A stretch of 64,000 nt of DNA from Ostrea edulis (taxonomy: Eukaryota): contig NC_079165.1 in NCBI RefSeq assembly GCF_947568905.1, forward strand, positions 30,504,001 through 30,568,000. Reading direction: 5' to 3'. Of the stretch, positions 49,373 to 64,000 are shown piece by piece. The notes under the pieces were generated by a model that was not told the origin of the DNA, made no database searches, and was given only the letters and a program-made list of their open reading frames with translations. Every line of letters starts with the position of its first letter. Positions within the stretch are counted from its first letter, which is position 1. The position numbers were made by a program, and so were the translations under genes.

Positions 49373-50032
49373 TGATTCAAAATGAATACGAGATATTGCC
49401 TACTCAAATAAATAATTCTTGGACATTTCCATTTGAAGTTGTTTTTATTTATATAAATACTAGTAGGCTAGCAGGTATACCAGTGTTAGGTGTTAAGTTT
49501 AGCATATCGCATCATCTTGGAATTCACATCACGAGTCGGTGGCTTACTAACGAGTACATTTTCTACCACCGGTGCATTATTTATTTCAATTTAAAGCATA
49601 TCTTATGAACAGATTAAAGTCGCTGGAGCCACGAGGGAACATGAACTGTGAGGGTGAAAGAAGGAGAATCATAAGGCAAGCGAGAGGATAGTTGAATGAA
49701 GGAATTTGGAAAAGGCATTTCATTGCTCGGTGCACAGGATCGTCTTCAAGCGAAATACGAGATTTGTCTAGCCTGGTAGCTACAGAGACACCCTCCACAC
49801 ACACATGAATATACCACATACACCTTAGTTTGTCAAGTACAAGCCTGCATGACATAAAACTACATTCACCACGTATGTATTTTGAAATTTATTACAGAAT
49901 CAAAATATATTGTAACAATATGAGGTAATGAAATAACAATATGAGGTCATCCAAATGATTCACATACAGATGTGAGCATACAAAACCTAATTATTATAGC
50001 TGCTGTTTATGTCTTCACGGTAGACGCCACTG

Positions 50033-51764
50033 TTAAACCATCTCCATATCCCTGTGAGATTCTCTAACATTTCTTACACGTCTCCATGCATAGTCATATC
50101 GTAAAAGAGACTTCTTTATCGTGTTCTTGTTACAGTCTGTTACCAAACATCTGCGCACAAACACGTAATATCCTAAGGATACCATTTTGTTCACTTGAGA
50201 TCGAACGTCCGAATCGGATAAAAGACGGGATTCCCAACACCTTGTTTTGGTAAATCCCGAAGACATTTTACAGTACGCAACAAAACGTTTGGAATCACCA
50301 GTTTTCCTCACCGAGAACTCGTACACAGCTGCGGGGAATGTCTTTCCTCCACAGATGGTAGATTTTCGGAAACCCCTTCTTCCTCTGTATCTTTCTACCC
50401 ATTCAGCATCATCTTCCGGTCTACTGGGAGCAATGGCGAGTTCCCATGGTGACCATTGTATCTTGCTCATAGAGAAATTCGTCTCTGGGACAATTTCCCT
50501 CTTCAATTTTCTTAGCGTATCAATCTGCAAAAGAAATATTCCAGTCATATAGAATTGCAACATTTTGATATATTGGAATCTAAATTACAGTATTGTGAAA
50601 TAGGATTATCATTAGATGTCAAATGTTAATTTTACTTCCAACTTCATAACGTTATTCTTCTTAATATATAGAAAACATTACTTAAACTTTAATACCTTCT
50701 GACACGAAATGGCCAGAGATTTCGCTTTCTTTCTATCCACAGCAGAGCGAGGAGACCTTTTGGCGATTGTTTTCTTGACCCCGTGAATGATTGAAGTCTT
50801 TTTCTTCAGATTTACAATGGAAGGAACTTTTGTCAAGGATGACACCTTTTTCAGGACCGGCTTGTAGGGAAGTGTTTTGGACTTTGGCGAATCTGCCACT
50901 TTAGTGGATGAAGACGTACAAGGTTCTCCGTCTTTGAGTGCGCCAAACATCGCATTCAAGTCTTTATGAAGACCCATTCTAGCGTTTCTTTGTCGTACTT
51001 CTTGTTCATAGATGTCCAGAAATTCGGCTCCCTGTTCTCTGTAGCAGATGGCCATTATGAAGTCAAACAGGTTGGAGAACTGGTCTAGTTCTACTCGTCT
51101 GCCTGCTGTCTTGTCGGCTAGTGTTTGGTAGAAGTCATGGGTCCTTTTGTCACCCGAAGCTCTACATTGCACTCCATACACTCGGATACCCTACAATTTT
51201 ACAATTGATATAATCTATGATATTTGCAAAGAGATAAAGTAACATTGTCGTGGAGTTTAACAATCAAATATTGGAAGGTAGGACGATTTTTAGTCATCAT
51301 GTAACATGTAATTTACTCACCATCACTGCCAATTTTTCGACTTCCTGCTTCCAGTCCAGCTTCAATTTATTGTCTGGGTAATTCACATCATGTGGGTGGG
51401 CATCACCTATCATCACAAGCGCCCTTTGAGTTCCGGGCGTCCAAGTCAGACTTTGAACCTCGTGCAAAACCAGTTCATAGCACTCATCCGAGTCGCCACC
51501 CCCCGTGGAGCCCACGTTTTTCACCCACTGACACAGTTCCTTCAAGTCTGTAGAAAAGTCTATGTACTTGGTGACATAAGAAGAATTCCGGTCACAGTAG
51601 TCTCCGTGAGCGAACACAGCGATTCTGATACCGGGTATATCCGTTTGAAGTCTTTGAATCATTTCTTGGACATTCTGTTTAACAGCATTGATGGAACTGG
51701 ACATAGATCCAGTCGTATCAAACGAGAAACAAATCTCGATCGGACCGCCTGGTGGGGATGCCAT
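50033..51764 (-). CDS. vWA + GIY-YIG/ET-like domain protein, copy 2
   Basis: Exons 51764-51321, 51190-50696, 50524-50033. Differs from copy 1 by one R>K change in the ORF translations. Confidence 0.88.
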
Positions 51765-54700
51765 ATGTTAAATATTGTGGTCTGTATTGAGTTGTTTCAG
51801 AGTTACTTCGTGCGTCTCTGCTTGTATTGCTGTTTCTCGGTTAGAAATGATCTTTATATACTATCGGTGCGATAGACTTGCAATTGAGTTGGAGACTTGC
51901 TCTTTAAGGTAGACTGAGAATCTCCCTGTTCGAAATAGACTGACGATCCTATACGTATACAAAGACTGACAATTTCAACAATATAGAACTTTTATATAAT
52001 ATATTTCATCAAAATTAAACGGATTCATGGAATCGACTAGTTGCGTAGCTATATTATTTCTATTAATATTTCTTTAAAAAATGGGTTTCAATAATAATGC
52101 TGGTTATGAAATATTTCTTTAAAAAATGGGTTTTAATGCAAACATTTGCAAATCTCCAAACCGAGCACTTGAACAACAAGAAATTTACTACCGGTAATAG
52201 CCAATTGCTATATTTAACAAAGTATCAATACTGCATCGGTATGGTGTATTATAGATATGATATTATATAGCGTTAAAAGTTTCTATCATGAATTTTCTGA
52301 AGGTGGTCTAAAATTCCAAGATTGCAAATGTGTTGTATTTAACGATATGTTTTCTTTAGAAATCGATCGCAATTTTGTTTCTATTTTAATCGGGTCTGGC
52401 GGATAACAATATTCCTTACACTTGTACAAACATTTCAATATTCTTCAGTTTGGAATTATCATTCACATTCTGCAATTACTCTTAATATGTAGCAGGGGAC
52501 AGTTTCGCACTATAGGCCCGGTCAACTTTTTGAAAAAATGGAAATACCCCATATTTGAAGTGATATTACATGTGGAAAAATGTGTAGAATAATTTTAGGA
52601 TACATGTCAAATGAAGCCGAGTGCTTATTAAAAATGTTGATATACAACATGTACATGTAGGTGTCACCATGATTCCTAGCATATAGATAGGTGCAAATAC
52701 GAAACTAAGACACATGGTCAGTTGCTGAAGAAATTCCGGTGAAAACATGCATGGTCCAACAAAAGATCTGTAGCTGAGAGGGAAGGTGGATGGCCCCATA
52801 TGAAAGGTAGATTTTTAAGAAGGGCGGACAGGGTTCTTGATTGTGCACAGTGTCTAAATCTCCACGTTTGGTACTGTGCTGGTGGGGTGGGGGGTGGGGG
52901 GGAGCAGGTTGCGGATTAGCCCAAATGAGAGAAAAGCAAAGCAAAAAAGGGGCACCTGCTCAGAGCATGCTTTGTGCACCCGCACCAGTATATATAAATC
53001 ACATGTAATTTAGGGTCATAATTTATTAACTACACCAATATGAAATACAAGTATTGACATAAAAGGGAAATAGGATTTTTTTTATTAGTCTGTCATAATG
53101 TGACTTTGATGTATACCCCCTACCCCTACCCACATGTTTCAGAACCAAAGAAACTGTCCCCTGCCACCATAGATACAACTAGATATCACTAGATGGGTAT
53201 ATATCAATGATGGGTACATAATAAAACTATATATCACTAGTGATCAAGGAGTGGCGGGGTGGGAACCAGACTTAAAAATTAACCGTTCTCGAGCTTTCGT
53301 AAACACCTTTTCCGTCGTATCAAAATGATGATATGGTAAATGTTGTGGAAGTTTAATACGAAAAAGGCACATTCAAAAAAGAATATAATAAAGTATTTTT
53401 TTACTCTCTACTTGAGGTACCTAAAATGAAATATTTTAAATGTAAATATTTTTAAAGTAAATAGTTTACTATTTTTCATTGAAGTGCCTATATAAATATT
53501 ATATTTGAATAATCCTAATATCGATGTAAAAGTGCAATGGAATGAAGAACGGTTTTGGAATTTAGTGATATCAGAATAACAAAAATGAACTTTTTCGTTT
53601 AAAATGTACAACCAACCAAACGGGCAAGGATGTTGCAACCCCCATTACCCCATTTAACCCCCCCCCCCTTGCATCAGCTGTTCAATTTAAACAGATATCC
53701 CTTTTTGAATAGTGATATAACTTTTTCCGAGTATGTTATATCATTCATTCTTCTAGGTGAGAATACCGATTCAATTTGATATCTCCGTGACTAGAAATAA
53801 AATATCACAGATCCTAGTTCGCAATACAAGCTATTTACATTGATTTGGTAATGAATGAATTTGAATAGCAGGTATGATCACTTACTCGAATGAGTGATAT
53901 CACCATTCAAATAGGTGATATCACCAATTCAATAGGAATGATTTGGAATAGGTAATATCATTTATTCGAACTCTATTTCATAACGATATGTTGTTCTCAG
54001 AGTTGTTGCTCATTATTTCGTTCATGAAAACGATTCAACTTGACGATGAAAATGGGGAAAAAACGAACGGTCATCAAATTCATAAATGCTATAAAGAATA
54101 CAACATTACGATTGGGGCAATAAGCCGGACCCCTGGACATACCAGAGGTGAAATCATGAGCTTAAAAGCAGTCAATATTCCCTGTTGATCGGTCACACTC
54201 GCACGAGCCCCATATTTCGATTAGGTAAACGTAGTAATCCGTAGTCGCAGTCAGTGTGTACGGAACGGACTAACAATTGGTATGAAACACGTCAGACAGC
54301 ATTGGACCTAACGACAGGCTATATTTGCAAATTAGATCAATTTGACAACCATAGAATTTGCGAAATGCAAATAGGTCATCTCACTGATTCAAAATGAATA
54401 CGAGATATTGCCTACTCAAATAAATAATTCTTGGACATTTCCATTTGAAGTTGTTTTTATTTATATAAATACTAGTAGGCTAGCAGGTATACCAGTGTTA
54501 GGTGTTAAGTTTAGCATATCGCATCATCTTGGAATTCACATCACGAGTCGGTGGCTTACTAACGAGTACATTTTCTACCACCGGTGCATTATTTATTTCA
54601 ATTTAAAGCATATCTTATGAACAGATTAAAGTCGCTGGAGCCACGAGGGAACATGAACTGTGAGGGTGAAAGAAGGAGAATCATAAGGCAAGCGAGAGGA

Positions 54701-55044
54701 TAGTTGAATGAAGGAATTTGGAAAAGGCATTTCATTGCTCGGTGCACAGGATCGTCTTCAAGCGAAATACGAGATTTGTCTAGCCTGGTAGCTACAGAGA
54801 CACCCTCCACACACACATGAATATACCACATACACCTTAGTTTGTCAAGTACAAGCCTGCATGACATAAAACTACATTCACCACGTATGTATTTTGAAAT
54901 TTATTACAGAATCAAAATATATTGTAACAATATGAGGTAATGAAATAACAATATGAGGTCATCCAAATGATTCACATACAGATGTGAGCATACAAAACCT
55001 AATTATTATAGCTGCTGTTTATGTCTTCACGGTAGACGCCACTG

Positions 55045-56776
55045 TTAAACCATCTCCATATCCCTGTGAGATTCTCTAACATTTCTTACACGTCTCCATG
55101 CATAGTCATATCGTAAAAGAGACTTCTTTATCGTGTTCTTGTTACAGTCTGTTACCAAACATCTGCGCACAAACACGTAATATCCTAAGGATACCATTTT
55201 GTTCACTTGAGATCGAACGTCCGAATCGGATAAAAGACGGGATTCCCAACACCTTGTTTTGGTAAATCCCGAAGACATTTTACAGTACGCAACAAAACGT
55301 TTGGAATCACCAGTTTTCCTCACCGAGAACTCGTACACAGCTGCGGGGAATGTCTTTCCTCCACAGATGGTAGATTTTCGGAAACCCCTTCTTCCTCTGT
55401 ATCTTTCTACCCATTCAGCATCATCTTCCGGTCTACTGGGAGCAATGGCGAGTTCCCATGGTGACCATTGTATCTTGCTCATAGAGAAATTCGTCTCTGG
55501 GACAATTTCCCTCTTCAATTTTCTTAGCGTATCAATCTGCAAAAGAAATATTCCAGTCATATAGAATTGCAACATTTTGATATATTGGAATCTAAATTAC
55601 AGTATTGTGAAATAGGATTATCATTAGATGTCAAATGTTAATTTTACTTCCAACTTCATAACGTTATTCTTCTTAATATATAGAAAACATTACTTAAACT
55701 TTAATACCTTCTGACACGAAATGGCCAGAGATTTCGCTTTCTTTCTATCCACAGCAGAGCGAGGAGACCTTTTGGCGATTGTTTTCTTGACCCCGTGAAT
55801 GATTGAAGTCTTTTTCTTCAGATTTACAATGGAAGGAACTTTTGTCAAGGATGACACCTTTTTCAGGACCGGCTTGTAGGGAAGTGTTTTGGACTTTGGC
55901 GAATCTGCCACTTTAGTGGATGAAGACGTACAAGGTTCTCCGTCTTTGAGTGCGCCAAACATCGCATTCAAGTCTTTATGAAGACCCATTCTAGCGTTTC
56001 TTTGTCGTACTTCTTGTTCATAGATGTCCAGAAATTCGGCTCCCTGTTCTCTGTAGCAGATGGCCATTATGAAGTCAAACAGGTTGGAGAACTGGTCTAG
56101 TTCTACTCGTCTGCCTGCTGTCTTGTCGGCTAGTGTTTGGTAGAAGTCATGGGTCCTTTTGTCACCCGAAGCTCTACATTGCACTCCATACACTCGGATA
56201 CCCTACAATTTTACAATTGATATAATCTATGATATTTGCAAAGAGATAAAGTAACATTGTCGTGGAGTTTAACAATCAAATATTGGAAGGTAGGACGATT
56301 TTTAGTCATCATGTAACATGTAATTTACTCACCATCACTGCCAATTTTTCGACTTCCTGCTTCCAGTCCAGCTTCAATTTATTGTCTGGGTAATTCACAT
56401 CATGTGGGTGGGCATCACCTATCATCACAAGCGCCCTTTGAGTTCCGGGCGTCCAAGTCAGACTTTGAACCTCGTGCAAAACCAGTTCATAGCACTCATC
56501 CGAGTCGCCACCCCCCGTGGAGCCCACGTTTTTCACCCACTGACACAGTTCCTTCAAGTCTGTAGAAAAGTCTATGTACTTGGTGACATAAGAAGAATTC
56601 CGGTCACAGTAGTCTCCGTGAGCGAACACAGCGATTCTGATACCGGGTATATCCGTTTGAAGTCTTTGAATCATTTCTTGGACATTCTGTTTAACAGCAT
56701 TGATGGAACTGGACATAGATCCAGTCGTATCAAACGAGAAACAAATCTCGATCGGACCGCCTGGTGGGGATGCCAT
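55045..56776 (-). CDS. vWA + GIY-YIG/ET-like domain protein, copy 3
   Basis: Exons 56776-56333, 56202-55708, 55536-55045. Translation identical to copy 2. Confidence 0.88.
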
Positions 56777-59700
56777 ATGTTAAATATTGTGGTCTGTATT
56801 GAGTTGTTTCAGAGTTACTTCGTGCGTCTCTGCTTGTATTGCTGTTTCTCGGTTAGAAATGATCTTTATATACTATCGGTGCGATAGACTTGCAATTGAG
56901 TTGGAGACTTGCTCCTTAAGGTAGACTGAGAATCTCCCTGTTCGAAATAGACTGACGATCCTATACGTATACAAAGACTGACAATTTCAACAATATAGAA
57001 CTTTTATATAATATATTTCATCAAAATTAAACGGATTCATGGAATCGACTAGTTGCGTAGCTATATTATTTCTATTAATATTTCTTTAAAAAATGGGTTT
57101 CAATAATAATGCTGGTTATGAAATATTTCTTTAAAAAATGGGTTTTAATGCAAACATTTGCAAATCTCCAAACCGAGCACTTGAACAACAAGAAATTTAC
57201 TACCGGTAATAGCCAATTGCTATATTTAACAAAGTATCAATACTGCATCGGTATGGTGTATTATAGATATGATATTATATAGCGTTAAAAGTTTCTATCA
57301 TGAATTTTCTGAAGGTGGTCTAAAATTCCAAGATTGCAAATGTGTTGTATTTAACGATATGTTTTCTTTAGAAATCGATCGCAATTTTGTTTCTATTTTA
57401 ATCGGGTCTGGCGGATAACAATATTCCTTACACTTGTACAAACATTTCAATATTCTTCAGTTTGGAATTATCATTCACATTCTGCAATTACTCTTAATAT
57501 GTAGCAGGGGACAGTTTCGCACTATAGGCCCGGTCAACTTTTTGAAAAAATGGAAATACCCCATATTTGAAGTGATATTACATGTGGAAAAATGTGTAGA
57601 ATAATTTTAGGATACATGTCAAATGAAGCCGAGTGCTTATTAAAAATGTTGATATACAACATGTACATGTAGGTGTCACCATGATTCCTAGCATATAGAT
57701 AGGTGCAAATACGAAACTAAGACACATGGTCAGTTGCTGAAGAAATTCCGGTGAAAACATGCATGGTCCAACAAAAGATCTGTAGCTGAGAGGGAAGGTG
57801 GATGGCCCCATATGAAAGGTAGATTTTTAAGAAGGGCGGACAGGGTTCTTGATTGTGCACAGTGTCTAAATCTCCACGTTTGGTACTGTGCTGGTGGGGT
57901 GGGGGGTGGGGGGGAGCAGGTTGCGGATTAGCCCAAATGAGAGAAAAGCAAAGCAAAAAAGGGGCACCTGCTCAGAGCATGCTTTGTGCACCCGCACCAG
58001 TATATATAAATCACATGTAATTTAGGGTCATAATTTATTAACTACACCAATATGAAATACAAGTATTGACATAAAAGGGAAATAGGATTTTTTTTATTAG
58101 TCTGTCATAATGTGACTTTGATGTATACCCCCTACCCCTACCCACATGTTTCAGAACCAAAGAAACTGTCCCCTGCCACCATAGATACAACTAGATATCA
58201 CTAGATGGGTATATATCAATGATGGGTACATAATAAAACTATATATCACTAGTGATCAAGGAGTGGCGGGGTGGGAACCAGACTTAAAAATTAACCGTTC
58301 TCGAGCTTTCGTAAACACCTTTTCCGTCGTATCAAAATGATGATATGGTAAATGTTGTGGAAGTTTAATACGAAAAAGGCACATTCAAAAAAGAATATAA
58401 TAAAGTATTTTTTTACTCTCTACTTGAGGTACCTAAAATGAAATATTTTAAATGTAAATATTTTTAAAGTAAATAGTTTACTATTTTTCATTGAAGTGCC
58501 TATATAAATATTATATTTGAATAATCCTAATATCGATGTAAAAGTGCAATGGAATGAAGAACGGTTTTGGAATTTAGTGATATCAGAATAACAAAAATGA
58601 ACTTTTTCGTTTAAAATGTACAACCAACCAAACGGGCAAGGATGTTGCAACCCCCATTACCCCATTTAACCCCCCCCCCTTGCATCAGCTGTTCAATTTA
58701 AACAGATATCCCTTTTTGAATAGTGATATAACTTTTTCCGAGTATGTTATATCATTCATTCTTCTAGGTGAGAATACCGATTCAATTTGATATCTCCGTG
58801 ACTAGAAATAAAATATCACAGATCCTAGTTCGCAATACAAGCTATTTACATTGATTTGGTAATGAATGAATTTGAATAGCAGGTATGATCACTTACTCGA
58901 ATGAGTGATATCACCATTCAAATAGGTGATATCACCAATTCAATAGGAATGATTTGGAATAGGTAATATCATTTATTCGAACTCTATTTCATAACGATAT
59001 GTTGTTCTCAGAGTTGTTGCTCATTATTTCGTTCATGAAAACGATTCAACTTGACGATGAAAATGGGGAAAAAACGAACGGTCATCAAATTCATAAATGC
59101 TATAAAGAATACAACATTACGATTGGGGCAATAAGCCGGACCCCTGGACATACCAGAGGTGAAATCATGAGCTTAAAAGCAGTCAATATTCCCTGTTGAT
59201 CGGTCACACTCGCACGAGCCCCATATTTCGATTAGGTAAACGTAGTAATCCGTAGTCGCAGTCAGTGTGTACGGAACGGACTAACAATTGGTATGAAACA
59301 CGTCAGACAGCATTGGACCTAACGACAGGCTATATTTGCAAATTAGATCAATTTGACAACCATAGAATTTGCGAAATGCAAATAGGTCATCTCACTGATT
59401 CAAAATGAATACGAGATATTGCCTACTCAAATAAATAATTCTTGGACATTTCCATTTGAAGTTGTTTTTATTTATATAAATACTAGTAGGCTAGCAGGTA
59501 TACCAGTGTTAGGTGTTAAGTTTAGCATATCGCATCATCTTGGAATTCACATCACGAGTCGGTGGCTTACTAACGAGTACATTTTCTACCACCGGTGCAT
59601 TATTTATTTCAATTTAAAGCATATCTTATGAACAGATTAAAGTCGCTGGAGCCACGAGGGAACATGAACTGTGAGGGTGAAAGAAGGAGAATCATAAGGC

Positions 59701-60055
59701 AAGCGAGAGGATAGTTGAATGAAGGAATTTGGAAAAGGCATTTCATTGCTCGGTGCACAGGATCGTCTTCAAGCGAAATACGAGATTTGTCTAGCCTGGT
59801 AGCTACAGAGACACCCTCCACACACACATGAATATACCACATACACCTTAGTTTGTCAAGTACAAGCCTGCATGACATAAAACTACATTCACCACGTATG
59901 TATTTTGAAATTTATTACAGAATCAAAATATATTGTAACAATATGAGGTAATGAAATAACAATATGAGGTCATCCAAATGATTCACATACAGATGTGAGC
60001 ATACAAAACCTAATTATTATAGCTGCTGTTTATGTCTTCACGGTAGACGCCACTG

Positions 60056-61787
60056 TTAAACCATCTCCATATCCCTGTGAGATTCTCTAACATTTCTTAC
60101 ACGTCTCCATGCATAGTCATATCGTAAAAGAGACTTCTTTATCGTGTTCTTGTTACAGTCTGTTACCAAACATCTGCGCACAAACACGTAATATCCTAAG
60201 GATACCATTTTGTTCACTTGAGATCGAACGTCCGAATCGGATAAAAGACGGGATTCCCAACACCTTGTTTTGGTAAATCCCGAAGACATTTTACAGTACG
60301 CAACAAAACGTTTGGAATCACCAGTTTTCCTCACCGAGAACTCGTACACAGCTGCGGGGAATGTCTTTCCTCCACAGATGGTAGATTTTCGGAAACCCCT
60401 TCTTCCTCTGTATCTTTCTACCCATTCAGCATCATCTTCCGGTCTACTGGGAGCAATGGCGAGTTCCCATGGTGACCATTGTATCTTGCTCATAGAGAAA
60501 TTCGTCTCTGGGACAATTTCCCTCTTCAATTTTCTTAGCGTATCAATCTGCAAAAGAAATATTCCAGTCATATAGAATTGCAACATTTTGATATATTGGA
60601 ATCTAAATTACAGTATTGTGAAATAGGATTATCATTAGATGTCAAATGTTAATTTTACTTCCAACTTCATAACGTTATTCTTCTTAATATATAGAAAACA
60701 TTACTTAAACTTTAATACCTTCTGACACGAAATGGCCAGAGATTTCGCTTTCTTTCTATCCACAGCAGAGCGAGGAGACCTTTTGGCGATTGTTTTCTTG
60801 ACCCCGTGAATGATTGAAGTCTTTTTCTTCAGATTTACAATGGAAGGAACTTTTGTCAAGGATGACACCTTTTTCAGGACCGGCTTGTAGGGAAGTGTTT
60901 TGGACTTTGGCGAATCTGCCACTTTAGTGGATGAAGACGTACAAGGTTCTCCGTCTTTGAGTGCGCCAAACATCGCATTCAAGTCTTTATGAAGACCCAT
61001 TCTAGCGTTTCTTTGTCGTACTTCTTGTTCATAGATGTCCAGAAATTCGGCTCCCTGTTCTCTGTAGCAGATGGCCATTATGAAGTCAAACAGGTTGGAG
61101 AACTGGTCTAGTTCTACTCGTCTGCCTGCTGTCTTGTCGGCTAGTGTTTGGTAGAAGTCATGGGTCCTTTTGTCACCCGAAGCTCTACATTGCACTCCAT
61201 ACACTCGGATACCCTACAATTTTACAATTGATATAATCTATGATATTTGCAAAGAGATAAAGTAACATTGTCGTGGAGTTTAACAATCAAATATTGGAAG
61301 GTAGGACGATTTTTAGTCATCATGTAACATGTAATTTACTCACCATCACTGCCAATTTTTCGACTTCCTGCTTCCAGTCCAGCTTCAATTTATTGTCTGG
61401 GTAATTCACATCATGTGGGTGGGCATCACCTATCATCACAAGCGCCCTTTGAGTTCCGGGCGTCCAAGTCAGACTTTGAACCTCGTGCAAAACCAGTTCA
61501 TAGCACTCATCCGAGTCGCCACCCCCCGTGGAGCCCACGTTTTTCACCCACTGACACAGTTCCTTCAAGTCTGTAGAAAAGTCTATGTACTTGGTGACAT
61601 AAGAAGAATTCCGGTCACAGTAGTCTCCGTGAGCGAACACAGCGATTCTGATACCGGGTATATCCGTTTGAAGTCTTTGAATCATTTCTTGGACATTCTG
61701 TTTAACAGCATTGATGGAACTGGACATAGATCCAGTCGTATCAAACGAGAAACAAATCTCGATCGGACCGCCTGGTGGGGATGCCAT
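60056..61787 (-). CDS. vWA + GIY-YIG/ET-like domain protein, copy 4
   Basis: Exons 61787-61344, 61213-60719, 60547-60056. Translation identical to copy 2. Confidence 0.88.
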
Positions 61788-64000
61788 ATGTTAAATATTG
61801 TGGTCTGTATTGAGTTGTTTCAGAGTTACTTCGTGCGTCTCTGCTTGTATTGCTGTTTCTCGGTTAGAAATGATCTTTATATACTATCGGTGCGATAGAC
61901 TTGCAATTGAGTTGGAGACTTGCTCTTTAAGGTAGACTGAGAATCTCCCTGTTCGAAATAGACTGACGATCCTATACGTATACAAAGACTGACAATTTCA
62001 ACAATATAGAACTTTTATATAATATATTTCATCAAAATTAAACGGATTCATGGAATCGACTAGTTGCGTAGCTATATTATTTCTATTAATATTTCTTTAA
62101 AAAATGGGTTTCAATAATAATGCTGGTTATGAAATATTTCTTTAAAAAATGGGTTTTAATGCAAACATTTGCAAATCTCCAAACCGAGCACTTGAACAAC
62201 AAGAAATTTACTACCGGTAATAGCCAATTGCTATATTTAACAAAGTATCAATACTGCATCGGTATGGTGTATTATAGATATGATATTATATAGCGTTAAA
62301 AGTTTCTATCATGAATTTTCTGAAGGTGGTCTAAAATTCCAAGATTGCAAATGTGTTGTATTTAACGATATGTTTTCTTTAGAAATCGATCGCAATTTTG
62401 TTTCTATTTTAATCGGGTCTGGCGGATAACAATATTCCTTACACTTGTACAAACATTTCAATATTCTTCAGTTTGGAATTATCATTCACATTCTGCAATT
62501 ACTCTTAATATGTAGCAGGGGACAGTTTCGCACTATAGGCCCGGTCAACTTTTTGAAAAAATGGAAATACCCCATATTTGAAGTGATATTACATGTGGAA
62601 AAATGTGTAGAATAATTTTAGGATACATGTCAAATGAAGCCGAGTGCTTATTAAAAATGTTGATATACAACATGTACATGTAGGTGTCACCATGATTCCT
62701 AGCATATAGATAGGTGCAAATACGAAACTAAGACACATGGTCAGTTGCTGAAGAAATTCCGGTGAAAACATGCATGGTCCAACAAAAGATCTGTAGCTGA
62801 GAGGGAAGGTGGATGGCCCCATATGAAAGGTAGATTTTTAAGAAGGGCGGACAGGGTTCTTGATTGTGCACAGTGTCTAAATCTCCACGTTTGGTACTGT
62901 GCTGGTGGGGTGGGGGGAGCAGGTTGCGGATTAGCCCAAATGAGAGAAAAGCAAAGCAAAAAAGGGGCACCTGCTCAGAGCATGCTTTGTGCACCCGCAC
63001 CAGTATATATAAATCACATGTAATTTAGGGTCATAATTTATTAACTACACCAATATGAAATACAAGTATTGACATAAAAGGGAAATAGGATTTTTTTTAT
63101 TAGTCTGTCATAATGTGACTTTGATGTATACCCCCTACCCCTACCCACATGTTTCAGAACCAAAGAAACTGTCCCCTGCCACCATAGATACAACTAGATA
63201 TCACTAGATGGGTATATATCAATGATGGGTACATAATAAAACTATATATCACTAGTGATCAAGGAGTGGCGGGGTGGGAACCAGACTTAAAAATTAACCG
63301 TTCTCGAGCTTTCGTAAACACCTTTTCCGTCGTATCAAAATGATGATATGGTAAATGTTGTGGAAGTTTAATACGAAAAAGGCACATTCAAAAAAGAATA
63401 TAATAAAGTATTTTTTTACTCTCTACTTGAGGTACCTAAAATGAAATATTTTAAATGTAAATATTTTTAAAGTAAATAGTTTACTATTTATCATTGAAGT
63501 GCCTATATAAATATTATATTTGAATAATCCTAATATCGATGTAAAAGTGCAATGGAATGAAGAACGGTTTTGGAATTTAGTGATATCAGAATAACAAAAA
63601 TGAACTTTTTCGTTTAAAATGTACAACCAACCAAACGGGCAAGGATGTTGCAACCCCCATTACCCCATTTAACCCCCCCCCCTTGCATCAGCTGTTCAAT
63701 TTAAACAGATATCCCTTTTTGAATAGTGATATAACTTTTTCCGAATATGTTATATCATTCATTCTTCTAGGTGAGAATACCGATTCAATTTGATATCTCC
63801 GTGACTAGAAATAAAATATCACAGATCCTAGTTCGCAATACAAGCTATTTACATTGATTTGGTAATGAATGAATTTGAATAGCAGGTATGATCACTTACT
63901 CGAATGAGTGATATCACCATTCAAATAGGTGATATCACCAATTCAATAGGAATGATTTGGAATAGGTAATATCATTTATTCGAACTCTATTTCATAACGA

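Larger units (their letters stand above)
44383..64000. repeat. Head-to-tail tandem array of ~5.01-kb gene-containing units (at least 4; runs off the window)
   Basis: Identical ORFs recur at offsets 5014, 5012, 5011. Units are approximately 44383-49402, 49403-54414, 54415-59425, 59426-end. Confidence 0.97.

Noticed and set aside
47552-49608. Short spacer ORFs repeated in each unit
   Set aside because: They overlap a MITE, AT-rich DNA or a Penelope relic, and unit 4 already shows a frame change. Conservation reflects recent duplication only.
44383-64000. 5-kb array as rDNA, 5S, snRNA or histone cluster, or as an autonomous transposon
   Set aside because: No rRNA, snRNA, tRNA or histone-fold sequence was recognised, and there is no transposase, Rep/helicase or intact RT in the unit.

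Overview
This is AT-rich eukaryotic genomic DNA with spliced genes. The repeat families resemble those of bivalves, most likely an oyster (inference). No prokaryotic operons, rRNA, tRNA or CRISPR were found. 1-23 kb is mostly transposon debris: nested Helentron-type HINEs, a decayed DIRS retrotransposon, Penelope-like remnants with hammerhead-ribozyme cores, Kolobok-type MITEs and minisatellites, plus one intact 89-aa orphan ORF. 23-42 kb holds two convergent spliced genes reconstructed exon by exon: CWC25 (+), apparently lacking its canonical N-terminus, and CCDC103 (-). From ~44.4 kb to the window end is a head-to-tail array of at least four near-identical ~5.01-kb units. Each unit carries a complete 3-exon gene (TATA box, GT-AG introns, AATAAA) encoding a 476-aa protein: vWA domain, basic linker, and a C-terminal domain resembling the GIY-YIG-like domain of plant ET/HRT proteins. 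This array is the most interesting item. All family assignments come from motif recognition by eye; no searches were run.
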